Part shown: in pieces, positions 1 to 7,713 of the stretch
Layout of the letters: every line of letters starts with the position of its first letter
How positions within the stretch are numbered: the first letter of the stretch is position 1
Origin: a virus
Strand: one strand, 5' to 3'
Virus record (IMG/VR): IMGVR_UViG_3300029119_000326
DNA length: 64,000 nucleotides
Notes under the pieces: generated by a model
The model's database searches: none
Told to the model about the DNA's origin: nothing
The model's input: only the letters and a program-made list of their open reading frames with translations
Position numbers and translations under genes: made by a program

Positions 1-234
1 ATGGCTGAATCGGTTAACCAATATTCATATTTAACTAATTTACTGAATCAAGCTGAAAATCAATGGAGATTTCTTCAATATGACAAGAAAAATCATGCAA
101 AAGAATTTTACGATGCACTTGACCGTAAAACTGTTATAAACAGAACATTGGATATGGTTAAGCTTAGGCAGAAAACATTAAGCAGGCTAATAACGATTAA
201 GCAGATTAACAACCAAGAAATTAGTATGTATTAA
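1..234 (+). CDS. hypothetical protein (77 aa, may be partial at the window edge)
   Basis: ORF from position 1; no recognisable motif. Confidence 0.3.
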   Translation: MAESVNQYSYLTNLLNQAENQWRFLQYDKKNHAKEFYDALDRKTVINRTLDMVKLRQKTLSRLITIKQINNQEISMY

Positions 235-243
235 GGAGTATTT

Positions 244-924
244 ATGTTATACGATTTAGAAAACAAAAATTTGCAAAACTGGGTTAATAATTTTGATGAA
301 AAAACAAAAATTGAATCAGCCAACGCCTTTAATACTTATTATAAGATGAAATTACAAAATGTTATATATCCAAACAGTGCTGATATTTATAATGCTTTTA
401 AGAAAACTTCTTATGATGATGTTAAAGTTGTAATTTTAGGTCAAGACCCATATCACGAAGAAGGACAGGCAAACGGTTTAGCTTTTTCAGTCAATAACGG
501 TGTTAAAATGCCACCTTCATTAAAGAATATTTTTAAAGAACTTCAAGATGATGTCGGTGGTAAATTTCGTACTAATACTGATTTGACCGATTGGGCTGAG
601 CAGGGTGTATTTCTTTTGAACTCGTCTTTAACTGTTATAGAAGGTAGACCTAACTCAATGGCTGATATTTGGAATACTTTTACCGACAGTATCATTAAAC
701 TACTGAACAATAAGGAAAAACCTATTGTATTTGTTCTTTGGGGCAAAAATGCAAGAGATAAGAAAAAGCTGATTGATACCAAAAAACATTTTATTGTTGA
801 ATCTGCACATCCAAGTCCATTATCAGCTTACAGAGGTTTCTTTGGTTCAAAGCCGTTTTTAAAAGTAAATGAATATCTTATTTCTACCGGTCAAGTACCG
901 ATTGATTGGTTTGGTGAAAAATAA
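244..924 (+). CDS. ung: uracil-DNA glycosylase (family 1 UNG)
   Basis: Motifs GQDPYH...GQANGLAFSV and HPSPLSAYRGFFG; RBS taaggagta upstream. Confidence 0.9.
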   Translation: MLYDLENKNLQNWVNNFDEKTKIESANAFNTYYKMKLQNVIYPNSADIYNAFKKTSYDDVKVVILGQDPYHEEGQANGLAFSVNNGVKMPPSLKNIFKELQDDVGGKFRTNTDLTDWAEQGVFLLNSSLTVIEGRPNSMADIWNTFTDSIIKLLNNKEKPIVFVLWGKNARDKKKLIDTKKHFIVESAHPSPLSAYRGFFGSKPFLKVNEYLISTGQVPIDWFGEK

Positions 925-990
925 AAGAGAATTATATCTTATTGTATTATCAATTTGTGAGAGTTGTATGACAGAAAGAGGGTAGATATA

Positions 991-1212
991 TTGACAATTG
1001 TTCACTATAAAGGCTATTCAGGAGAAATCCATTATTCTAAAGAAGATAATTTGTTTGTTGGTCAGATAATAAATATCGTTGATTCAATCAATTTTCACGG
1101 AAAGACAATTGAGGAATGCATTGATAACTTTCATTTTTCTGTTGATGGTTATAACAAACTAAAAGAAAACATTTCAAAAAAGGAGAAAAAATATGCCGGA
1201 CAAAATCGTTAA
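991..1212 (+). CDS. HicB-like antitoxin family protein (orphan, no hicA seen)
   Basis: YKGYSGEIHYSKEDNLFVGQI...FHGKTIEE pattern typical of HicB_lk antitoxins. Probable TTG start at 991 after agaaagaggg. The 3' end overlaps the TIR gene start. Confidence 0.55.
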   Translation: MTIVHYKGYSGEIHYSKEDNLFVGQIINIVDSINFHGKTIEECIDNFHFSVDGYNKLKENISKKEKKYAGQNR

Positions 1213-2254
1213 TGATATACGAAAATTTGTAAAAGAAAATTTAATTAGTGACAATAAAAAAGTACATACATTTTCATTTGATGAAATCGGACCTGATTCA
1301 AACAATGATTTTATGGTAAGAAGATATGCAGAATTCATATGCTCTATTGCTAATCGTTCTTATTATTATGACAATATTGAATTCCTTTGTGGAATATGTT
1401 ATAGTACAAGAAATGTATTTTTTATAAGGAATGATATTGAAATGAGTCACGAATTAGTCTTTTCTATACCATATTTCGAAAGAAGTAAATACTACGATTT
1501 AATTTTAAAAATCAACAATTTAATCGGTCGTTTCGATTTAATGGCTGCTTTTGTAAATAATGCTCCTATTGCTTTTGAAATTACTTTTGTAGTTCAAACT
1601 GACTCTTCGGATGTATATGAGCAATGTAAAAAACTTACTTCTGAATGTGATGTTATAAAGAACAAAACATTTTATAACTATTTTTCCGAATGTAGAAATT
1701 TTAAAAGATATAATTTTTATTCATTGCCATTTGAAATGGATTACGACTCTTTTGTTAATGTCATGAATTATATCTGCTTCTTTGCTGAAAGTGACAAATT
1801 AGAAGAACAAGGCTATGCTCCTGTTAAGAAAAAGAAAAATGTACCAAAACTTTTCATATCATATCCACACGGCAGTAAAGATATTGTATATAAGATAACT
1901 GATTATCTTGTTGAACATAATTTTGATGTTTGGATTGATAAAAATGAAATCTTACCGGGTGATTCTTTCTTCAAAGCAATTTCTGATGGCTTTTACGAAG
2001 CTGATTTCTTTTTGATGTTTATAAGCAAAACTTCAATAAATGCTAATTATGCAAAAGAAGAAATACAGCATATTATCGACAACAAAATAAAACAAAATAA
2101 ATCGTTTTTTGTAATCAAATTAGATGATGTGCATCCAAATGACATTATGCAAAACTTGGATAATTACATGTATTACGATTTCTCTAAAAATGACAATTTA
2201 GAAGATTTGGCAAAATCAATAAAAGTAAAATTGGATAGAGATTTAACAGATTGA
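1193..2254 (+). CDS. TIR-domain protein (unknown ~230 aa N-terminal domain + C-terminal TIR)
   Basis: C-terminal KLFISYPHGSKD...WIDKNEILPGDSF...ADFFLMFISKTSINANYAKEE matches the TIR fold pattern. Perfect RBS aaggag. Confidence 0.75.
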   Translation: MPDKIVNDIRKFVKENLISDNKKVHTFSFDEIGPDSNNDFMVRRYAEFICSIANRSYYYDNIEFLCGICYSTRNVFFIRNDIEMSHELVFSIPYFERSKYYDLILKINNLIGRFDLMAAFVNNAPIAFEITFVVQTDSSDVYEQCKKLTSECDVIKNKTFYNYFSECRNFKRYNFYSLPFEMDYDSFVNVMNYICFFAESDKLEEQGYAPVKKKKNVPKLFISYPHGSKDIVYKITDYLVEHNFDVWIDKNEILPGDSFFKAISDGFYEADFFLMFISKTSINANYAKEEIQHIIDNKIKQNKSFFVIKLDDVHPNDIMQNLDNYMYYDFSKNDNLEDLAKSIKVKLDRDLTD

Positions 2255-2262
2255 GGAAAACT

Positions 2263-2586
2263 ATGGAACAGAAAAACATCAAAGAAAAATTACATAATCA
2301 TATTAAGCCATTAGGAGTAGGTAATATGTATTTTCTATATTATGATATTTCTACTCTTAGCGAAACAACTGCAACGGCGTTTCTAAATGACTTATATAAT
2401 CATTTTGTGAAGAGTATTAAAGAATATAACTGTAAATGCAAAAAGTCCGAACTTATGAAACCTAAGAAATATCAAATAGGATATGTTGTTAGTGTAGAAG
2501 GAAATTTTGCTGATTTGTCTAAAGTTGCATTTTTTGTTTCTAATATAATCAATGATGATGTAATGGGAAGGGTGAACAATGTATAA
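2263..2586 (+). CDS. hypothetical protein, translationally coupled between the TIR gene and the nuclease gene
   Basis: ATG after gagg. Overlaps the downstream gene start by 8 nt. Confidence 0.4.
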   Translation: MEQKNIKEKLHNHIKPLGVGNMYFLYYDISTLSETTATAFLNDLYNHFVKSIKEYNCKCKKSELMKPKKYQIGYVVSVEGNFADLSKVAFFVSNIINDDVMGRVNNV

Positions 2587-3418
2587 AAAAATTTCATTAA
2601 GTGTTATTTCTGTTATTATATCGTTGATTTTTTTGTTTGGTTGTTCAGCTAATGTAGTTAATAATACAACACAGCAGAGTACATTTGTATCTAATACTGC
2701 ATCAACTACAAACAGTCAAAATAGTACCGAAAATGATTTTACAAGTAGTACGACAACAGAACAGACTTTTGATATTTCTTCGATACCTGAATACAACGGT
2801 TCGCCCTATGTTGAAATTAACGATAATGTACCACAATTCACAGAAAGTGAAATTACTACATCATCATTTGAGATATACGGTGATTTAGATAGTCTTGAAC
2901 GGTGCACAACGGCTTTTTCCTGCATAGGTAAAGACTTAATGCCAACAGAAAAAAGAGGAGAAATAGGCTCAGTAAAACCGACAGGCTGGCATCTTGCTAA
3001 ATATGATTTCATTGACGGCAAATATCTTTACAATAGGTGTCATTTGATAGGTTATCAACTTACAGGTGAGAATGCTAATGAAAAGAATCTGATTACAGGC
3101 ACGAGATACCTCAATGTTCAAGGTATGCTGCCTTTTGAGAACGAAGTAGCTGAATATATTAAAAATACAAACAACCATGTTATGTACCGTGTAACACCTA
3201 TATTTGAGGAAGATAATCTTCTTGCCGATGGTGTGCAAATGGAAGGATATTCAGTTGAAGATAAAGGTGAAAGTATTTCGTTCAATGTTTTCTGTTATAA
3301 TGTTCAACCCGGTGTGAACATTGATTATGTAACCGGTGATAATTCTGCATCAGGAGAATACACAACAGCGACTGATGAAGATATAACGGATGCATATATT
3401 GTAAATCTCAATACATAA
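2579..3418 (+). CDS. secreted lipoprotein, DNA/RNA non-specific endonuclease (EndA / DNA-entry nuclease-like)
   Basis: Signal peptide with lipobox LFGC. NRCHLIGYQLTGENANEKNLITGTRYLN resembles the Endonuclease_NS_2 active region. Confidence 0.7.
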   Translation: MYKKISLSVISVIISLIFLFGCSANVVNNTTQQSTFVSNTASTTNSQNSTENDFTSSTTTEQTFDISSIPEYNGSPYVEINDNVPQFTESEITTSSFEIYGDLDSLERCTTAFSCIGKDLMPTEKRGEIGSVKPTGWHLAKYDFIDGKYLYNRCHLIGYQLTGENANEKNLITGTRYLNVQGMLPFENEVAEYIKNTNNHVMYRVTPIFEEDNLLADGVQMEGYSVEDKGESISFNVFCYNVQPGVNIDYVTGDNSASGEYTTATDEDITDAYIVNLNT

Positions 3419-3547
3419 AAATTCCACAAACCAAGTTGTAGTTCAATATCTCGAATGAGTGAGAAAAATAAAAAACAATACAAAGGAAAAAGAAGCAGTT
3501 TGATTAACAATGGTTACGAGCCTTGTAAAAACTGCAATTCATAAGAT

Positions 3548-3784
3548 ATGACTAATTACACATCAGACAAGCCCAAAAGTACAGAATATACATATTTTGT
3601 TGCAACAGCAGTGAATAGTAAGGATAATTCTACAAGCAAACAGTTATTCAGAGAACACTTTGCTACTGTTGAGGTATATAATATACATAACGGTCATTTT
3701 GTAGAAAATACTAATTATGTTCCTATTAGAACACATTTTATTTCATCTTCATTTGACTTGGCTCTGTCATATCGCTTACGATAA
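3548..3784 (+). CDS. hypothetical small protein (78 aa)
   Basis: ORF only. Confidence 0.3.
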   Translation: MTNYTSDKPKSTEYTYFVATAVNSKDNSTSKQLFREHFATVEVYNIHNGHFVENTNYVPIRTHFISSSFDLALSYRLR

Positions 3785-3802
3785 TTCAAGGAGGAAAATT
3801 CA

Positions 3803-3961
3803 TTGAAAAAATATAAAGTGATTTGTAATGGTAAAGTCAGTTATCATACACAAAAAGAAACAAAAAAATTAATACAAGAATGGGGCAAAAAGAATAATGA
3901 TCCAATCTATTTACTCGATGAGACTTGGATGTTGAGAGATACAATATATTTGAACAAAATA
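3803..3961 (+). CDS. hypothetical small protein (52 aa, TTG start)
   Basis: Strong RBS aaggagg 7 nt upstream of TTG. Followed by a terminator. Confidence 0.35.
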
Positions 3962-3973
3962 TAATATTTTTTA

Positions 3974-4001
3974 GAGTAACCTTTATGGTTGCTCTTTTTT
4001 T
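3974..4001 (+). terminator. rho-independent terminator
   Basis: gagtaacc-tttat-ggttgctc hairpin followed by a T7 run. Confidence 0.5.
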
Positions 4002-4007
4002 ATCAAT

Positions 4008-4068
4008 TTGTTATAGTAACTATAACAAATTTTATTGACAATTTTGAATATGTACAGTATAATGTACA
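4008..4068 (+). promoter_or_regulatory. yefM-yoeB promoter and operators
   Basis: 21-nt perfect palindrome ttgttatagtAactataacaa (4008-4028). -35 TTGACA (4035-4040), 17-nt spacer, -10 TATAAT (4058-4063). Two TGTACA motifs (4051-4056, 4063-4068) like the known YefM operator core. Confidence 0.6.
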
Positions 4069-4092
4069 TATAATAAGATTGGAGATGATATT

Positions 4093-4341
4093 ATGACTAA
4101 CACAAATATAACTAATTTCAGAAAGAACTGCTTTGAATATATTAATCAGGCTGTAATGTACAATGATGTTGTTAGTGTTAATACTAAAAACGGAAATGCT
4201 GTTGTTATCAGTGAAGATGATTATAACGGCTTACTTGAAACTCTTTATCTTTCCAATGACCAAAAGGTTAAGAATGAAATTATTGCCGGAAAAAATGCTA
4301 CGCTTGAAGAATGTGTTGATGAAAGTGAGATTGACTGGTAA
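4093..4341 (+). CDS. yefM: Phd/YefM family antitoxin
   Basis: YefM-like N-terminus. Stop overlaps the yoeB start (taATG). Confidence 0.8.
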   Translation: MTNTNITNFRKNCFEYINQAVMYNDVVSVNTKNGNAVVISEDDYNGLLETLYLSNDQKVKNEIIAGKNATLEECVDESEIDW

Positions 4342-4604
4342 TGTATAAAATTGTATATACAAAGACTGCTGTTAAGCATATTAAAAATCTTAAATTATCA
4401 AATCTTGATAAAAGAGCAAAAGCTTTGATTGAGGTTATTAGAGAAGAACCGTTCAAGAATCCACCACCTTATGAAAAATTAGTGGGAAATATGGATGGTT
4501 TGTATTCTCGAAGAATTAATATTCAACACCGGCTTGTTTATCAAATTTATGAAAATGAAAAAACAATAAAGATAGTAAGTATGTGGACCAATTATGAGTT
4601 CTAA
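4341..4604 (+). CDS. yoeB: YoeB/Txe family toxin (ribosome-dependent mRNA interferase)
   Basis: ...SRRINIQHRLVYQI...Y C-terminal YoeB signature. Confidence 0.85.
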   Translation: MYKIVYTKTAVKHIKNLKLSNLDKRAKALIEVIREEPFKNPPPYEKLVGNMDGLYSRRINIQHRLVYQIYENEKTIKIVSMWTNYEF

Positions 4605-4622
4605 TTATTTATACAAGAAAAA

Positions 4623-4661
4623 AGGCTTAAATTCAAATTAATGAATTTAAGTCTTTTTTTA
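4623..4661 (+). terminator. rho-independent terminator after yoeB
   Basis: aggcttaaattc-aaattaat-gaatttaagtct stem followed by T7. Confidence 0.6.
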
Positions 4662-4925
4662 CATTTTATAGTACATTGGAATACAATCTTTAATTCATAA
4701 ATTACATAAATTAAATGTCAATATTAAGTTCATGCCTACTGTGTCTTATTTGTAGTGTTTATTTTCCAATATTTACCTGTTGTTTAAGCAAAAAAACGGT
4801 ATTAAAATTAAATTATAAACAAAAAACACATTGAAAAAATGTATTTTTAGTAAAAAATTACTATATACTGTCAGAACGAAAAATAAATATTTTTCACAAA
4901 CTAAAAAATATTGAGGCGATTATAT

Positions 4926-5021
4926 ATGTCAAAAAGATTACATTTGAAAGAAAGAAAACTCCCTAAGAGTATTGTAGATAAATTGGTTGATATTTTGACA
5001 GAATTAGGATACGAACAATAA
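4926..5021 (+). CDS. small ORF (31 aa), truncated paralog of the N-terminus of the next gene
   Basis: SIVDKLVDILTELGYE resembles KIVNDLVNTLNDLGYK in the 5039 gene. RBS gagg. Confidence 0.25.
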   Translation: MSKRLHLKERKLPKSIVDKLVDILTELGYEQ

Positions 5022-5038
5022 TTGAAAGGAAATAAGTA

Positions 5039-5419
5039 ATGAAGCCTGAGAAAATTCCTAAAAAAATAGTTAATGATTTAGTAAACACTTTAAATGACTT
5101 GGGATATAAAACGGAAGTATTGGAAAATACAAATGATTTATATGTTGTTTGGAAATCAAATGATGGATATTATTTTTGTGCATCTGATTACTTCCCAAAA
5201 CGCAGTGATATACCGGCAATAATTGGTAGTGGATATTTATATATGGATAGTATGCTGTTTTGTTGTCCTATTGATGTACCAATTAGCAAGGATAATGTTG
5301 CATACATCATTAATGAGTTAAAGAAAAATATAGCAAAATTATATGACGAAAAAAATATTGTAAAATTTCTTTTAAACAGTGACAAATATTTTGAAAAATG
5401 GAAGAAAAGTGAAAACTAA
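5039..5419 (+). CDS. hypothetical protein (126 aa)
   Basis: RBS gaaagga; no motif. Confidence 0.4.
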   Translation: MKPEKIPKKIVNDLVNTLNDLGYKTEVLENTNDLYVVWKSNDGYYFCASDYFPKRSDIPAIIGSGYLYMDSMLFCCPIDVPISKDNVAYIINELKKNIAKLYDEKNIVKFLLNSDKYFEKWKKSEN

Positions 5420-6180
5420 AACTTAAATATTATATTTTTCGTATTTGATATAATACTATATGTCTTACTTCCATGCTCATTTTCTTCTTGTGAAAACCAA
5501 TTACCAAAAATAACTATTTTAGTTTTTATATACTTTTTAAAATTAGTGAAATATTTATCTTCAATTTCCCAAAATAATTTTGTATCTAAAACACGCAATG
5601 TTAGTTTTAGAATTTTATTTGTATCTGTTGTTGATTGAATTTCTATCGTGAATTCATGCGTTTTTTTATTATAAATAACAATATTACCTTCAACTAATTT
5701 TAAACCTGATATACCATTATTAATAATATTATAATCAAGTGTATTTTTGTTGATGAAGAAATCCTTGATTTTTAATCCGTTAAGATATTCTGTGTTGTAG
5801 TCATTAGCACAACAATAAGCGTATAGTTGTCTTGTAGTATGTATGTTACAAGTTTTCACATCACCATCATGACTGCGATTATCAGTATTATTCTGTCTGT
5901 TATTGCCTTCTTCATTGGAATTGCCTCTCTCAAAAATATCTTCGAGTGAGTGTTTATCAATTATATTATCAGACTTTTCAGAATAGTCTGATATATATTT
6001 ACAATCACTGTTTTTATCATGCTCGTTTTTTGCTCTGAAATATGGAGGATATATTCCTTTAAATGATGCAACAATTACTTCTGTTTTACAATAAGGACAA
6101 TAATACTTATTTCCTTTATTATCAGAATTAATATCTCTGATGTTTATCAATTTACCATTTTGATCTAATGCTATTCTCAT
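5416..6180 (-). CDS. CoiA-like family protein (N-terminal zinc ribbon; competence CoiA-like nuclease superfamily)
   Basis: MRIALDQNGKLINI...YYCPYCKTEVI...YFRAKNEH resembles the CoiA N-terminus. Confidence 0.45.
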   Translation of the reverse strand: MRIALDQNGKLINIRDINSDNKGNKYYCPYCKTEVIVASFKGIYPPYFRAKNEHDKNSDCKYISDYSEKSDNIIDKHSLEDIFERGNSNEEGNNRQNNTDNRSHDGDVKTCNIHTTRQLYAYCCANDYNTEYLNGLKIKDFFINKNTLDYNIINNGISGLKLVEGNIVIYNKKTHEFTIEIQSTTDTNKILKLTLRVLDTKLFWEIEDKYFTNFKKYIKTKIVIFGNWFSQEENEHGSKTYSIISNTKNIIFKF

Positions 6181-6288
6181 TTTTACAATTCTCCAATCTT
6201 AATAATAATGTAATTATATAGCATTAACGGAGAAAATACAAATAAATCATATCAGATTAAATAGAAAAGTGAGGTTAAAAAAGCAATT

Positions 6289-6471
6289 ATGAAAACCTTT
6301 TACAAGAAAGCTTTGAAAAATCATTATGCTGTTACTTGCCCTTATTGTTGTTCGGCATATGTTTCCGAATTAAACCATCCTATTAGCAGTATCGACAATA
6401 ATATTACTGTTTACTGTTATCTTTGCCATGATTGTGGTGAAAAATGGATGGATAAAGAGTTTAAGTTATAA
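6289..6471 (+). CDS. small zinc-ribbon protein (60 aa, CxxC...CxxC)
   Basis: CPYCC...CYLCHDCG; RBS gtgagg. Convergent with the CoiA-like gene. Confidence 0.4.
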   Translation: MKTFYKKALKNHYAVTCPYCCSAYVSELNHPISSIDNNITVYCYLCHDCGEKWMDKEFKL

Positions 6472-6873
6472 GAAATTTGCAGTAAAAAAGCACCTTGATT
6501 CAACAAGGTGCTAAATTGTGTTACATTTTTTATCAACAACGAGGGAATCTTTTGTATTATTTTATTTTGTATTTTTACTAAAAATGCAAAATTCTGTTGT
6601 TTGTGGATTTTTCTATACTGATTTATACAAAAGAAATTATATGGATAAATACAACATTTTTTTATGTGTTTTTTGTTTTTGGTTACTATATATGATTAAA
6701 GAAGCTTATATAAGTTGTTTTAAAAATTCTTTACGAATAACCAATGTGTTAAGTGAACAAGTGTTATTCTACACTAATTGTTTTGATTTGTCTACAGTTA
6801 TATTTTTCCAATTTGTGAAAAATATATTAATTTTTCACAAATGATAAAATAAATTTTCGGATTTTTAAAAATA

Positions 6874-6883
6874 TTACTATATA
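6874..6883 (+). promoter_or_regulatory. TTACTATATA promoter-like motif (copy upstream of the tracr/mini-array RNA)
   Basis: Member of a motif that recurs at least 10 times, T-run + TTACTATATA. Confidence 0.4.
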
Positions 6884-6949
6884 TATCATGAAAAGGTTAA
6901 TAAGCCTTTTAGGTAGAATTAGCTACCAGAAGCTATCGCTAAACATTTA

Positions 6950-7054
6950 TGTTAGATAGTAATGAATTAACAAAGGTTAAATAGTTAGTCCGCTTGCAAC
7001 TATGCCAGAGCATGAGATAGAGCTATTTAACAATGTTTAACTTTGTGATTTGAG
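6950..7054 (+). ncRNA. tracrRNA-like module (anti-repeat + nexus-like TAGTCCG + hairpin)
   Basis: ttagatagt is complementary to repeat positions 9-17. ggttaaat is complementary to the repeat 5' GTTTTA. agtTAGTCCGcttgCAACTatg resembles the S. pyogenes tracrRNA nexus ggcTAGTCCGttatCAACTtg. Conserved at 61245-61347. Confidence 0.5.
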
Positions 7055-7153
7055 GTTTTAGAACTGAAATTACATGATACTAAAAGCGCAAAAGGATGTG
7101 GAACGAATGACCGGAATGGTTTTAGAACTGCATGAATTGCATGATACTAAAAG
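7055..7153 (+). CRISPR. mini-CRISPR array, type II-like: repeat (32 nt) - spacer (32 nt) - repeat (35 nt)
   Basis: gttttagaactgaaattacatgatactaaaag / spacer cgcaaaaggatgtggaacgaatgaccggaatg (50% GC vs ~30% locally) / gttttagaactgcatgaattgcatgatactaaaag. Confidence 0.55.
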
Positions 7154-7179
7154 CGAAAGACAAAATTAGTATCATAAAG

Positions 7180-7204
7180 TCCTAAAAGCTTTTAGGATTT
7201 TATG
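7180..7204 (+). terminator. terminator after the mini-array
   Basis: tcctaaaag/cttttagga perfect inverted repeat followed by ttttat. Confidence 0.5.
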
Positions 7205-7325
7205 ATGTTAATTTAAAACATCATTGAACCTTGAAAATTGAATATTGATAGTTTTTAAAAAAATATAGTTTCTCTGAAAAAATGAGATTTTTTAGAAGAA
7301 AAACCGAACATAAAAAAAGGCCGAA

Positions 7326-7347
7326 AAGCCTTGATTTTACTACGGTT
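7326..7347 (+). terminator. possible terminator
   Basis: aaggc-cgaaaa-gcctt followed by tgatttt. Confidence 0.3.
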
Positions 7348-7494
7348 TTAGTTGAAATTTGAGTACCTATATGGTATAATAGAAGTAGATAAAGGAAACT
7401 ATCGAATACGGTAGGCGGTTAGTCCTCTCAATTACAAAATTTGGGAGGATAATAAAATTCCTCCCTTAAATAAATATGAAGGGAGGATGATATT

Positions 7495-7560
7495 ATGGAA
7501 TATTCAGTGATAACAACATTAATACTTATTATTACTCTAATTCTCATAATAAAAAAATAA
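7495..7560 (+). CDS. candidate type I toxin-like small hydrophobic peptide (21 aa, MEYSVITTLILIITLILIIKK)
   Basis: Strong SD gggagga 7 nt upstream. An upstream gggagg/cctccc hairpin (7444-7465) could sequester the SD. 12/13-nt inverted repeats (aggcggttagtcc at 7414-7426; ggactaaccgtct at 7599-7611) flank the unit. Promoter-like ttgaaa-N17-tataat at ~7351-7380. Confidence 0.35.
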   Translation: MEYSVITTLILIITLILIIKK

Positions 7561-7713
7561 CCGCCCAGTCTGAATGAGCGATTATTTTTAAAAATAAAAC
7601 ACCTTTGGACTAACCGTCTATCCGACAAGTCCTTTATCTATAAGTATATTAACACAGGAAATAATATTTGTCAAGATTATGAATATAATCTGAATTTATA
7701 AGGAGGAAAATAA

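Noticed and set aside
6518-6844. 108-aa + strand ORF in the AT-rich spacer before the tracr-like locus
   Set aside because: Low-complexity F/L/Y-rich translation, no RBS, and it sits in a region better explained as promoter/leader DNA. Probably not coding.
7428-7628. 66-aa minus-strand ORF overlapping the candidate type I toxin
   Set aside because: It overlaps the hairpin/SD structures and has no RBS. More likely the antisense RNA region than a protein.
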